This document shows positions 50,740-61,292 of a stretch of 64,000 nt of DNA, one piece after another. Made by a program: the position numbers and the translations under genes. The notes under the pieces were generated by a model. That model saw only the letters and a program-made list of their open reading frames with translations, was not told the origin of the DNA and did not search any database. The stretch lies in NCBI GenBank assembly GCA_049512075.1, contig JBEKXL010000011.1:1-64000 (forward strand). Reading direction: 5' to 3'. The DNA is from Candidatus Bathyarchaeia archaeon. Its GTDB lineage: Archaea; Thermoproteota; Bathyarchaeia; Bathyarchaeales; Bathycorpusculaceae. The number at the start of each line of letters is the position of its first letter. Position 1 is the stretch's first letter.

Positions 50740-52269
50740 TCATTTTTTCAGTTCCTCTTTTTTGACTGAGTTATTCTCTGCGTCTGTTTCTTCAGAGAGT
50801 CCAAGATGGCTTCTCCATACTTGTATCGGCTCGTCCTGGACATTGTCTACTTCGGCTTCTATTATGCCCGTTCTTTCTGCATGGGAGAGCCTTCGTAACA
50901 TTTCCTGATACGCAATCGGTTCGCCCGTCTTACTTTCATATGCGGCAGTAATCGTGTCCAGCGTGGGCCTAGTCACCCTTTCCGTTTCCCGGACCGTATC
51001 GATGACTTGTCTATTTCCCATTGACAGCTTTTGATAGAATTCTGCATCTGCTCTCCTCTGTTCTCTCGTTTCAAGGACGTACAGAACCATGACGACCGGA
51101 AACAAGGCACAAATTGTCACCGCAAGATACAAACTGCGCTGAGAAAGGAAAACGGCTGCTCCCCACCAATTTGCAATCGGCTCCGTGAGCAGAACTAGGG
51201 CAGCGATTATTGCTCCTACTTTTACTAGGTCGGTGTTGTGAAACTCAGCAGGGCCAGGTCTGAGAATCCTTCCGCATGAAAAGCACAAGTTCCGGTCGGC
51301 TTTGGGATCTCCGCTGCATTTTGGGCACTCTTGCGATGATCTAGAGAATATCTGGGTGTGTAAGACTTTTTCTGAGAAGGCGAGTACTAGGAACGATCCT
51401 AGGAATATCAGGATCCATCCGCCCAGCAGGAGAAAAAGCTCCATTGCAATGTCTCTGCCGAAGTTGTAGCCTATCAGCAGAATCGTGGCTATCCTCGTTA
51501 TGCTCAGCACGTAAATGATTGAAAATCCGACGGGAAATAGTAGAAGTTTCTTCCACAGCTTGTCTCGGATGGTGTAACTGATGAAAATCGCAAACACTAG
51601 AAATCCGAGCAGGCTGTAGAGGCCTGAGCTAGATATGCCGACGGTGAAGCCCAAGGCCTCTCCGCCCGACCTTGTCACTTGGATTACCGGGTTGCCAAGC
51701 TGGCTCGTTAGAGTCGAAGGTATGCCTACAGCCCGAATGAAGGCATAAGAGGCTTCTGAGCTTGCCGATGAAAAAGCTGGGCCGATGTTGCTGAGTATTC
51801 CTGACGGCGGCGTCAAGAGTATGAGGAAAGCCAGGGGAAACGCTAATTCTTTGAGTGTTTGAGTGTTGAAAAGGACAAGGGTTAAGCCTGCGGCGAAGAT
51901 TGGCAGGGTCAGCACGTGATATTCCATGTTTGAACCGTACCAATAGAGCAGTATGGCGATTGAAGCGAGAAGCACTCCGACGATAGTCGCCAGGTATCTT
52001 ATGACCCTTGGTTGAGCCTGACTCTCAAGCGGCATCACTGTCCTCAACATTTTCCTTTTTCGATAGATCAGGTAGGCGAAGAGAAAGGGTATGGCCAGCA
52101 TGTAGCTTGTTGACTCGTTCTGCACAGCGTTAACTGCCACTGTTGCCAAGTCTTGGTGAAAGACAAGAAGAACGGCTACGATGAATGTAGCGATTTTCAA
52201 ACCAAGAATCAAACGGTTCTTGTCGGGACCTCGCGTATCCATCGTATATGTCTGCGTGAGCAACTTCAA
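50740..52269 (-). CDS. Exosortase/archaeosortase family protein, apparently lacking catalytic Cys and His
   Basis: SYMLAIPF, LAFPLAFL...PP, VGISSSGLYS, LSITRI, FLLLGGW; internal CPKC..CFSC ribbon. Confidence 0.85.
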   Translation of the reverse strand: MKLLTQTYTMDTRGPDKNRLILGLKIATFIVAVLLVFHQDLATVAVNAVQNESTSYMLAIPFLFAYLIYRKRKMLRTVMPLESQAQPRVIRYLATIVGVLLASIAILLYWYGSNMEYHVLTLPIFAAGLTLVLFNTQTLKELAFPLAFLILLTPPSGILSNIGPAFSSASSEASYAFIRAVGIPSTLTSQLGNPVIQVTRSGGEALGFTVGISSSGLYSLLGFLVFAIFISYTIRDKLWKKLLLFPVGFSIIYVLSITRIATILLIGYNFGRDIAMELFLLLGGWILIFLGSFLVLAFSEKVLHTQIFSRSSQECPKCSGDPKADRNLCFSCGRILRPGPAEFHNTDLVKVGAIIAALVLLTEPIANWWGAAVFLSQRSLYLAVTICALFPVVMVLYVLETREQRRADAEFYQKLSMGNRQVIDTVRETERVTRPTLDTITAAYESKTGEPIAYQEMLRRLSHAERTGIIEAEVDNVQDEPIQVWRSHLGLSEETDAENNSVKKEELKK

Positions 52270-52459
52270 TCAATTTGACCTGTAAATTGAGCACTTAAAT
52301 AGTTTTGGGAGCACGCAAAATATACGAACACTGCGAAATGAGAGACGTAAAACAGTCAGTCGTTTTACGTGGTACTAATTGGTGTATTTCCATCTAGCCC
52401 AGCACGCGCACATGTGCCTTCTGGAAACATGTCCTTGTCGTGCGTTGTCCGAAATGTTG

Positions 52460-53065
52460 TTATGGATGGTAGTAGCCCTTGTCGACTTTGACGAAGATTA
52501 GGGGGCCCTTGCTTTGGGTCAGTTCTCGCGCCTTTCTCAAGGTGTCGTTTACAACGTTCACTATTTGTTCTTCATCGCTTTCGTAATCTTTGTTTTCTTC
52601 TCCCAGCTCCATTTTGAGGAGGTTCTCTGCTAGGATTGATGTGCCGCATATCTCCGCGTTTTTGACGAGGGTGGATATTATGATGTCTTCGATTTCCTGG
52701 CGATGTGAGAGTCTTCTCCAGGCTGTTTCGCCGTTGTTGAGAACTCTTGCTGCGTGGTTCCATCTCTTGGAGTTCTCATTGCCGATGAGCAGTTTGACTC
52801 GTTCCTTCCACTTGTTAAGCCAGATTCCCGTCCAGATTGCCAAAAACTCGTCCAGTTCGCTCGGCGTCTCGTTGAAGAGCTTCTCAAGCCGCTCCACGAC
52901 GTCACACTCGTTTGCCTCTTTCCCCACGAGATCCCAGTGGACCTTGAGATAATTCGTCAAATCCTGACATGCAATCTGAAGCACCTTGCGGTCAGATCCC
53001 AAAACATCCAGCATCGGGTTCTTGTCCTTCAGCTTATCTGACAGCAATATCTCAATGAAGTTCAT
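52460..53065 (-). CDS. Conserved hypothetical protein
   Basis: 201-aa ORF with helical globular composition. Confidence 0.75.
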   Translation of the reverse strand: MNFIEILLSDKLKDKNPMLDVLGSDRKVLQIACQDLTNYLKVHWDLVGKEANECDVVERLEKLFNETPSELDEFLAIWTGIWLNKWKERVKLLIGNENSKRWNHAARVLNNGETAWRRLSHRQEIEDIIISTLVKNAEICGTSILAENLLKMELGEENKDYESDEEQIVNVVNDTLRKARELTQSKGPLIFVKVDKGYYHP

Positions 53066-53211
53066 GGGTACTCCCGTCTCGAAGCCTTCTCCAACCTAAC
53101 CTAGACATTCGCGCTTTTAATAAGCTTTATTCGTAGATGCTTCTAGAACATTACTCAGTAGTTTTCAGCTGTATTACCGTTCTAGAAATATTCTGAACCC
53201 CATGTGACCGG

Positions 53212-53880
53212 CTATTCCAGAAACTCCGGAAGCTCACTAACGTCCTGCAAAATCAGGTCAGGCTTCTCCCTCTCCAACTCTTCACGAGTAAAGATTCCCG
53301 TCAGAACCGCAATCGTGTGGGCTCCAGCACTCTTTCCCGCTCTCACGTCGATGACAGAGTCGCCCACCACCGCACAATCACTCATCCTCACACCCAAATG
53401 CTCCGCACACTTGATGAGCGCCTCAGGAGACGGCTTCGGCTTCAACGTGTCCTGCGACGTTACTATCTTCCGGAAGTATTTTGCCAACCCAAACTTCGCC
53501 AACTCCCTCCTTACTTCGACCTCGGGAACGTTGCGCCGGGTCGTCACCGCCAACAATGCCCTAGACGAGAGCCTCTCAAGGGTGGCCGTAACGTTCGAGA
53601 ATGGGCGGGTCTTCTCGGCGGTGGCTCGATAGTACGCCCGAAGGTAGATTTCCTTGAACCTCTTCACGCCAGCCCCCATGATCAGGTCCTCTATGGGCAG
53701 GTTCTCCTCAAGCCTCCTAGGAATCTCCGTCACACTCCTTGCGTCAACCTTCCCCTGTCCTGCCGAAGCGAAGGCCATCTCAGCTGCCTCACGGTACGCA
53801 CCTCTCGAGTCCACCAACGTGCCGTCCAAGTCGAAGATTATCGCCTTCACCCTTAACTTCGGCTTCAACATCGACACCAT
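53212..53880 (-). CDS. HAD-superfamily hydrolase (phosphoglycolate phosphatase-like)
   Basis: IIFDLDGTLVDS, KPKPSPE, VGDSVIDVRAGKSAG. Confidence 0.93.
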   Translation of the reverse strand: MVSMLKPKLRVKAIIFDLDGTLVDSRGAYREAAEMAFASAGQGKVDARSVTEIPRRLEENLPIEDLIMGAGVKRFKEIYLRAYYRATAEKTRPFSNVTATLERLSSRALLAVTTRRNVPEVEVRRELAKFGLAKYFRKIVTSQDTLKPKPSPEALIKCAEHLGVRMSDCAVVGDSVIDVRAGKSAGAHTIAVLTGIFTREELEREKPDLILQDVSELPEFLE

Positions 53881-54336
53881 CCTCAGCGAGATTGGCTTCG
53901 CCGTTGCTGCTTGTCTTACCAAGCTTCTAATAACCTTTGGGCTGGAAGTACGCCTCGGCAACCCCCTCCTTCTGTTTTCTGAAAAGAACCAATTCTCTTC
54001 CGGGCCCAGGTCCAAGACGGCCCAGAAACAGGTAGTCGAACCCTCGCGCGCTCGAAACCTTTTTTATGTTAAAAACTTTGGATGGTTCGCTTGGCAGATT
54101 GCGCAAGCCAAGACTTAAGTATTACGGTTGGCACAACCCAGATTTAGGGCACAAGTTCAACACATGTTTTCTTCTCCCTTCTCCCGGAAAACGTGGATGA
54201 AAACTTTCGCCCACCTTTCGCTATTATCCAAGAGGTGGCACGAGGCAAGCGCGCTAAGCGGGTAAACCATTGGAACCTTCTCACTTCAATAGTTCCTGCA
54301 TGTCCTTGTGGTTGTAGTTTTGACGTGATTGCAGAG

Positions 54337-55653
54337 TCATGTGTGTTGCCCGTAATGCTTTGCAAGTATGACGAGGTCTGATAGGCCGACTGTGCCGCTG
54401 TCGTCCATGTCTGCGTTGGGGTTCCAGTTCGCACTGTTAGGTTTGGACCCGTAGGCGTGCGCGAAAATAGCCAGGTCTGAGAGGCTGACTTTGAAGTCGC
54501 CGTTGAGGTCGCCCGGAATTGATACGGTAACCAAGCCGTCTGTGCAGTTGTTGTTCGTCGTGTTTGTTTCGTCCGAAACCGGCAGGGCGTATGCGCTTAT
54601 GGTGTAGTTGCTGTAGACAACACCGGTGGTGTTCCAGGAGAGGGTGATGTTCGTGGAGTTTCCAGCTGACAGGGTGGCGTTTAGTGAAGTGATGGGAGCT
54701 GTGTTGGCGTAAAGTGTGACGTTGAACGTTTCTGGGTAGCTGCCCAGGTCTGCTGCTATAACGATCGTGTCTAGGCTGTAGCCTTGGCCAACAAGAGTTT
54801 TGGAAGGCGTAACACTTGTGAGGGCTACGTCATGGATATTCACCGGAGCCGCATAAGCCACGCTGAAACTTGAAGGCCCATTCGGATACGCACTATCCAG
54901 CAAGCCGGAAGGCTTTGCACTTCCCCCGTTGGGATCATCTAAGGCAATCGCATCATAGGTTCCTGGTCCTTGACCGTCTATGGCATATGTTGTACCAGTG
55001 TTGTCTGTGAACTGGGCACTGCTAAAGTTGACTGTGCCAAAGTTTGCGAGCGGCAACACTTCCGCTGATAATGATGGCGCTTCAACCACCCACTCGGCAG
55101 ATTGACGTTGCGCGACCGCGCTGTAAGCCCTTGAATACGATTGTCTCGTTGTCAAATCGGTAATCGACAGAGCGAACAGGCTACCGCCTTCGTATGCGAC
55201 CGACGCTGTGAAAGCGTCTCCGTTATTCACCGTGAGCCCGGTTATTATTCGCGATGGCCTTGGATAGAATTCGACCCAAGCATAGTTTTCCTGTATACCG
55301 TTCACACAGTCTTGCTCTGTACCTATCTGCTCCACGGTCCCGTCTGAGAAGCCATCTATTCCCACCCATGTTGCATCGTACGTGTTTTGGGAGGAATTAA
55401 GAGTGAGAGTTGGAATCACCCAGTTGCCCGTAACGCTATTCACGAACCCGTTTGCTGGGGAGGATATGCTCGACACTGCAGCATACCCGCTCCAGTTTGT
55501 ACTAATACCTGCTCGTGTCTTGATGTTTGGGCGGGAAGACGGAGAGTTGTTAGCCAGCATGATTGTAAAAAACGGGTTCATTAGGATGAAAGCCACTAGT
55601 ACTAATCCTGCTCTGTTAAGCCAACCGCAAAAAATCTGCACGCGCCTGGGCAT
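54337..55653 (-). CDS. Secreted G1 (eqolisin) glutamic peptidase + CARDB + type I dockerin
   Basis: STNWSGYA, WVGIDG, EQIGTE (catalytic Gln), AEWVVEAP (catalytic Glu), LANFGTV; GDLNGDFKV..ADMDDSGTV; start re-assigned to 55653. Confidence 0.92.
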   Translation of the reverse strand: MPRRVQIFCGWLNRAGLVLVAFILMNPFFTIMLANNSPSSRPNIKTRAGISTNWSGYAAVSSISSPANGFVNSVTGNWVIPTLTLNSSQNTYDATWVGIDGFSDGTVEQIGTEQDCVNGIQENYAWVEFYPRPSRIITGLTVNNGDAFTASVAYEGGSLFALSITDLTTRQSYSRAYSAVAQRQSAEWVVEAPSLSAEVLPLANFGTVNFSSAQFTDNTGTTYAIDGQGPGTYDAIALDDPNGGSAKPSGLLDSAYPNGPSSFSVAYAAPVNIHDVALTSVTPSKTLVGQGYSLDTIVIAADLGSYPETFNVTLYANTAPITSLNATLSAGNSTNITLSWNTTGVVYSNYTISAYALPVSDETNTTNNNCTDGLVTVSIPGDLNGDFKVSLSDLAIFAHAYGSKPNSANWNPNADMDDSGTVGLSDLVILAKHYGQHT

Positions 55654-55866
55654 TGTTGTTGTCCTTCCGCACGCTATGTGAGGAGTTTCATTTCCGTTTC
55701 TTATAAACGCAACGAAATGTGCGTGTATCACGACTCGACACTGTGGTTGAGGAGAACATGTGTTCGCGCTTACTGCTCGTTTCGATAGGTTTTTATTTGC
55801 GGCCAGTTGTCTAAGGTAGATACCTAATAAATCTGTCTGGAGCAGAAACATCAGGAGTGATGGGCG

Positions 55867-56175
55867 ATGGTTAGGAAAGCGCGAATACGCTTGACAAGTA
55901 CGGACTACTCGAAATTGGAGGAAGTCTGTGAGGAACTGAAAGGTATCGCCCAGAAAACAGGGGTTAAGATCAACGGTCCAGTTCCATTACCCACGAAACG
56001 GTTGAAAGTTCCGGTGCTGAAGTCACCGTGCGGGGAAGGAACCGCAACCTGGGACAGGTGGGAGATGCGCATTCATAAACGCCTGATTGACATCGACGCT
56101 GAAGAACGTGTTATGCGGCGTATCATGCGCATCCGCGTTCCAGAAGAAGTTCACGTGACAATAGAATTAATGTAG
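55867..56175 (+). CDS. rpsJ: 30S ribosomal protein S10
   Basis: [10 protein letters not shown]...[23 protein letters not shown]. Confidence 0.98.
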   Translation: MVRKARIRLTSTDYSKLEEVCEELKGIAQKTGVKINGPVPLPTKRLKVPVLKSPCGEGTATWDRWEMRIHKRLIDIDAEERVMRRIMRIRVPEEVHVTIELM

Positions 56176-56334
56176 CCTCTCAGTGTCCGAGAGTGTGAGG
56201 CTGTGCTTCAGGAGAGCTCTGAGGCGCAAGATACTTCAGGCTCGACCCCTCCTTTCTAACGCACGTCGGTTGTAATGTTTCTCTGTGTGTGACAGATGTT
56301 GGAGAAGAAGACGGGCGTGTGGGGGGTTGGACGT

Positions 56335-56601
56335 TCAAATCAGAGTTTTGAGTTTTTCCCTGTCCCAATTGAACAGGGGGCAGGCCTCGCATTTTTCCAG
56401 AAACTCTTGACCCTTTTTCGTTGTTTTCAAATTGCGCTTTTCACCAATTTCCAGCAGTCCTCTCTCCACGAGTTCGTTGAGATACAGCTTGGCCTGCAAG
56501 TACGACAGGCCAACGTCTCTCATTATTTCGGTCTTCATCCTTCCAGAAGCAGCCCTATTCAATATCTCCATAGCGATCTCATGTCTATCTCTGTTAACCA
56601 T
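56335..56601 (-). CDS. Winged-helix DNA-binding protein
   Basis: RDRHEIAMEIL...KTEIMRDVGLSY...YLNELVERGLL...TTKKGQEFL. Confidence 0.88.
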   Translation of the reverse strand: MVNRDRHEIAMEILNRAASGRMKTEIMRDVGLSYLQAKLYLNELVERGLLEIGEKRNLKTTKKGQEFLEKCEACPLFNWDREKLKTLI

Positions 56602-56686
56602 TTCATACCAACTGAAAACCGACGCTCTCTAATTACTGTCACTCTGCACAGAATATTTATGCCTTTCCTACAGCATGCTTGCACAT

Positions 56687-57484
56687 TCAGCCTAGGAATA
56701 TGACCCAGAAACCCACCGTGAGAACTGCGCTGACAGCGAAAGCCAGGGCCCAGACCTTCTTGTTCCACGTGAAAACCTTCAATCCATCAAATATTCCGAA
56801 CGGAATGAGGTTAAAAACCGCTATCCATGCATTGAACCAGGCAATGACTCCGAAAACCAAAGTGTAGCCGGGCAAAGCTGCCACAGCAGCTGAGAAAATT
56901 GTTGCCAACACAATATTCGTGGCGGGTCCCGCTACGGCTGTTTTCCCCATAGTCGTCTGATCAGCACCAGCCACCATGACCGCGCCAGGAGATATGAACT
57001 TGAAAGGCAGCGCTATGGAAATCGCAGTTATAATTGCCCCACTGGCTGTGAGTCTAAACTCCGCCCACAGCCCATGCTTCTGTGCGACTATTTTGTGGGC
57101 CATCTCGTGCATGAGAAAAGAGGCCGTGAACCCTACTGCAGACAAGGCCAGCAAAAGGTAGCCTCCGTTTGCGACTCTTGCGAAATCTAATGATATTCCC
57201 ACGCCGACAACGAGAACGGTGGCCAAAGCTAGGTGTCCGAGCTCCTTGATGCTGAAGTGGAATCCTCTCTGCGTTGACCTGACCGGCACGTAGGTATACT
57301 TATACTCGATGGGCTTCTGCCACTGGGCCATCACCGGATGCGTTTCGTCTTTGGGCACTCGTGCCTGTGCTATTCGTGGGCATTCGTGGTTTTCTGGTAG
57401 CCGGTGTTCGGAACAGAAGTAGCCTCCGCAGTACTGGCATTTGAAAGGCAGGTATGTTTCTCTTCTGCATTTTTGGCATATCAT
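56687..57484 (-). CDS. AN1 zinc finger fused to M50 (site-2) intramembrane metalloprotease
   Basis: CQKC..LPFKCQYCGGYFCSEHRLPENHEC; HEMAH, AGP, FNLIP...DG. Confidence 0.9.
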   Translation of the reverse strand: MICQKCRRETYLPFKCQYCGGYFCSEHRLPENHECPRIAQARVPKDETHPVMAQWQKPIEYKYTYVPVRSTQRGFHFSIKELGHLALATVLVVGVGISLDFARVANGGYLLLALSAVGFTASFLMHEMAHKIVAQKHGLWAEFRLTASGAIITAISIALPFKFISPGAVMVAGADQTTMGKTAVAGPATNIVLATIFSAAVAALPGYTLVFGVIAWFNAWIAVFNLIPFGIFDGLKVFTWNKKVWALAFAVSAVLTVGFWVIFLG

Positions 57485-57688
57485 CGCTTGATATTCACTC
57501 GTCTCCGATTCTCTGAAGAATGAGCGAGGTTTATGTGTTTCTATCTCGATGAGAACTGTATTCCTTTCCGTTTTTCGTTCTTCCATGAATTGAACTCGCC
57601 AGCTTGCTGTGGGCGTGGGGAAGGAGTCAAAAGCGAAGAGTAAAATCTCGCAACTTATTTAGCACGTTCAACTGGTAGGCTTTGAGGA

Positions 57689-58903
57689 GTGAGGAGTCTG
57701 AAGCCCTTCAGCTTTGTTCACGCTGCGGATTTGCACTTGGGCTACTCACAGTACGGCTTGGAAGTTCGCCGCGAAGACTTTGACAGAGCGTTCCAAGAAC
57801 TTGTCGACAAAACCCTTGAACTGAAACCGGACTTCATGATCATTGCAGGAGATCTGTTCCATCAGGCACGACCGTCCAACATCACGCTGGAAAACAGCAT
57901 CAGAAGCTTCAATCGCCTGCGAGAGGCTGGAATTCCGGTTCTGACGGTCGACGGTTCACACGATTCGGCCCCTAACTCGATAACAGGGACGATCATGAAT
58001 CCGTTGGACAGCGCCGGCTTGATTTATTATCTGCCCAGACATGAGGGAGCATGTTGGCGAAAGGCCGATTGTTGTTATGTTTATGGCGTCCCCAATTACA
58101 GGAACAGGCACAGGACTGAGGAGGCCCTTCCGGTCTTCATGGAAGAGAACAGGCCGAGCCCATATCCGTCATTGTTCAACATCTTCGTTTTCCACATGGC
58201 CCTGGATCTTCCGAACGTCAAGCCTCCTTACATCGAGGCTGAAGCCGCACCTGAACTCATTCCCGAGGGCTTCGACTACTATGCTGCGGGACACGTGCAC
58301 ACACCTTACATGGAAAAATTCAAGACTGGTCTTCTGGTTTACAGCGGATGCACTGAGACAACGGACTACGTTGAAGCAAAAAACAAGAAAGGCATCTACC
58401 ACGTCAAAGTGAACGAAAAAGGAGCAGTTTCCCCAGAGTTCATAGAGTTTGAATCCTCGCGCGAGTTTGTAATTTTGGAGCAGGACTTCACAGGCATCGT
58501 TCCATCAAAAATCACGGAGCAGTCTATTCAAATAGTCAAGTCGGCTGACAAGGAGGGCGTGGTCATGATTCCAGTTCTAAAAGGCATACTGCCCGCCGGA
58601 GCGACTCGCACAGAAGTGGATATCGCACGGATCAGAGCGGCCGGGGAGAAGGCTTTGTTGGTGCATCCTGTCATGTTATTACGTGAAAGTGAAGTTTCAG
58701 AAGAGATTGTTCGTTCAATCTTCGAGAGTGAAATCAAAGATTTGAAAACGAAGGCTTTCGAATATTTTTTGCAGATCTTTTCTGAACGTCACAGCAAGGA
58801 AGAGGCTGAAAAGATAGCCCGCATTGCATCCAGTTTGATAGAACCACTGACTAAGAAGCAGGAAGAAAAAGTGAAACAGGCCATGGAGGAGCTTCTGCAA
58901 TGA
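57689..58903 (+). CDS. mre11: DNA double-strand break repair nuclease Mre11
   Basis: ADLHLG, AGDLF, GSHD, YYAAGHVH, YSGCTE. Confidence 0.93.
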   Translation: MRSLKPFSFVHAADLHLGYSQYGLEVRREDFDRAFQELVDKTLELKPDFMIIAGDLFHQARPSNITLENSIRSFNRLREAGIPVLTVDGSHDSAPNSITGTIMNPLDSAGLIYYLPRHEGACWRKADCCYVYGVPNYRNRHRTEEALPVFMEENRPSPYPSLFNIFVFHMALDLPNVKPPYIEAEAAPELIPEGFDYYAAGHVHTPYMEKFKTGLLVYSGCTETTDYVEAKNKKGIYHVKVNEKGAVSPEFIEFESSREFVILEQDFTGIVPSKITEQSIQIVKSADKEGVVMIPVLKGILPAGATRTEVDIARIRAAGEKALLVHPVMLLRESEVSEEIVRSIFESEIKDLKTKAFEYFLQIFSERHSKEEAEKIARIASSLIEPLTKKQEEKVKQAMEELLQ

Positions 58904-60987
58904 GAATTGAGATTGTGCAACTTGAAAACATCCGTTCACACGTGAAGTCAACAGTACCCTTTGCACGAGGCTTCAACTGCTTAGTAGGCGGTCTGGGATG
59001 TGGCAAATCCAGCATCCTGTACTCGATTGATTTCGCATTATTCGGAGATCCGATTGGCAGAGGCTTTGACTACTTGTTGCGGGAGGATGCAACCAGTGGA
59101 AGTGTCATCGTTCAGTTCATTCAGGACGGAAAGAGTTACAGGATCATCCGGGGCTTGAAAAGACATGGCAAGGGCATAAGTCAGGACTTTGACGAGCTGA
59201 AACTCTTTATGGGCGAAGACCTGATTTCAAGCACGAAAAATGATGCCGTTGCTGAACAACTCAAGGCAGTAACGGGCTTGGACAAGGACCTGTTCCGTGA
59301 GATAGTTTGGGTCAGGCAGGAACACTTGAAAGAATTCTTGAATTTGCAACCGAGGGAAAGACAAAGGCGGCTAGATGAGTTGTTTGGACTGTCAGATTAT
59401 GAAATAGCATGGAGCAATCTTGCAGGTTATGTGCGGGAATATGACGGGGAAAGACAGGCTTATGAAAGGGATCCGGACGTTGCTGGGATGGGAAAACTCG
59501 GCGAAGAGTACGATAGAACAGCAGGTGAGTTTTCACTCGTTGAGATTGAACTGCAGGATATTTCGAAGAAGTTGGTCTCTGCCAAGAAGATTCTGGAAGA
59601 GGCGAACTCTAGACTTAGAGATCTGGAAGAGGTGAGAGCGCAGAATGAAGAGCTTAGACGGAAAGAGGCGAAAATGCACGCCAACTTGACGAACCTGCAA
59701 GAAGCAGCGGCCTCCTTGGCCGAGGACGTGGAAAGAAAAAGAAATTTCGTTGAAGGCCTCCGGCAAAGATTAAATGGCATGGAAAAGCAGATGGAGTCTT
59801 TCAATTCTGAAATCAAAGAGCTTGGAATTTCGGATGATCAGCCGATTGATGTGCTGAGAAGGCAGGTTGCAGCATTTGATGATCAAATCTCAAACCTGAA
59901 AGGTGAGCAAGAGGCAACTCTTAGAAACATGCAAGTGGACGAGAAGCGACTTTCCTCGCTTTTTTCGGAGAATCGATGTCCACTCTGCATGCAAACGCTG
60001 GGTGAAGACTACAAAAAGGGTCTAACGGAACGAATCATGGAGGAGAATGAAGGGCGAAAAAGAAGAGTGAACCAGCTTCATCATTCGATAGAAGAGCTGC
60101 AGCAATTGAAGACCAAGGCGACCAATGCTTCTTCAAATATGCAAATGCTTGCTCCTAGGATTGAAGAGTTGAGATTGCGACTAAAAGAAGAGGTTGAAGC
60201 GTTGGCAGGAATCTTGGGTGAACTCGAAGAAAAACGAAGGTTGGAAAACGAACTGCGTGTTCAGGTCGATATTGTTCGTCAGGAGCTTAGCAGATTCGAC
60301 GTTTCTACCTTGGAAGCTGCAAAGACGCGAAGGGAACAAGCCTTCAGACAGTATTACCTCTTTGAATCCGAGTTGCGTGCCAAGGAAAACCGCAAGAAGG
60401 ACTTGACTAAACACGTCGATGAAATAAAGGAGCGAATCGACAATGGTCAGCGGAAAATTGAGCGTATGAGAAAGATAGAAAAAGTCGTAGAGGTCATAGA
60501 GGGCATACGCAATGCTTACCGAAGCATTCAGCCTAAGCTTCGAACCGAATTTGTAAAAGTCTTGAGAAGCTTTGTCCAGCAGGTTCTTGACAGCCTAGCT
60601 GGCGGAGAAGGCCCGTTTTTGAATCTGTCGATTGATGAAACCTACACGCCATACGTGATAAGCGAAGGCAACGTTGAACGAGAAGTTTCGAATCTGTCTG
60701 GTGGGGAACGAACACTACTCGCCTTCGCATACCGTCTCGGCCTAGGCCAGTTGATCATGCAGTCCCGAACAGGTCACGGGCTGACACTGCTTCTGCTTGA
60801 CGAGCCAACTGAAAGTCTTGGAGCGGAAGACGGTTCGGTGTACCGCTTGGCTGAAGCAATTTCGAGGTTCAAAGCGATAGAGCAGACAATCGCAGTCACA
60901 CATAGCGATGCGTTTGCAGAAAAGGCTGAACACGTAATCAGGCTCGAAAAAGAGATGGGTCAAAGCAAGATTTCGGTTGAAAAATGA
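58900..60987 (+). CDS. rad50: DNA double-strand break repair ATPase Rad50
   Basis: NIRSH, GxxGCGKSS, coiled coil with CPLC zinc hook, LSGGE, LLDEPT, VTH. Confidence 0.93.
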   Translation: MRIEIVQLENIRSHVKSTVPFARGFNCLVGGLGCGKSSILYSIDFALFGDPIGRGFDYLLREDATSGSVIVQFIQDGKSYRIIRGLKRHGKGISQDFDELKLFMGEDLISSTKNDAVAEQLKAVTGLDKDLFREIVWVRQEHLKEFLNLQPRERQRRLDELFGLSDYEIAWSNLAGYVREYDGERQAYERDPDVAGMGKLGEEYDRTAGEFSLVEIELQDISKKLVSAKKILEEANSRLRDLEEVRAQNEELRRKEAKMHANLTNLQEAAASLAEDVERKRNFVEGLRQRLNGMEKQMESFNSEIKELGISDDQPIDVLRRQVAAFDDQISNLKGEQEATLRNMQVDEKRLSSLFSENRCPLCMQTLGEDYKKGLTERIMEENEGRKRRVNQLHHSIEELQQLKTKATNASSNMQMLAPRIEELRLRLKEEVEALAGILGELEEKRRLENELRVQVDIVRQELSRFDVSTLEAAKTRREQAFRQYYLFESELRAKENRKKDLTKHVDEIKERIDNGQRKIERMRKIEKVVEVIEGIRNAYRSIQPKLRTEFVKVLRSFVQQVLDSLAGGEGPFLNLSIDETYTPYVISEGNVEREVSNLSGGERTLLAFAYRLGLGQLIMQSRTGHGLTLLLLDEPTESLGAEDGSVYRLAEAISRFKAIEQTIAVTHSDAFAEKAEHVIRLEKEMGQSKISVEK

Positions 60988-60999
60988 AAAGGCTGTTTG

Positions 61000-61174
61000 C
61001 ATGCGGAGCCGTACAAGAAAGACTTCTCTGGCAGCGCGCGCTTTGCTTGAGCCCATAGGGGCGACGATACTGGACGTGTTTCTGTTCCGAGAAGTGCCTG
61101 CACCGATATTTTTATCGGGGGCAATTACAGTTTCTACGGGCATTCTTTTCATCGGCAGAAACCAGAATCAATAG
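61000..61174 (+). pseudogene. C-terminal fragment of an EamA/DMT-family transporter
   Basis: ALLEPIGATILDVFLFREVPAPIFLSGAITVSTGILF matches the LEP..A......E.P.....G....GI end of DMT proteins. Confidence 0.55.
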
Positions 61175-61292
61175 ATTTTCGACTTGACTGCAGATAAAGG
61201 GCGCAACCTAGTTTCCACGATGGGTCCATTGAGTTGAGAATGATTTCTGATGGAGAAACGGTTCAATCTTCAATCTTTCAACGACTGCAGGT

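Noticed and set aside
56180-56300. Possible C/D box sRNA after rpsJ
   Set aside because: CTGA is present but there is no convincing RTGATGA C box
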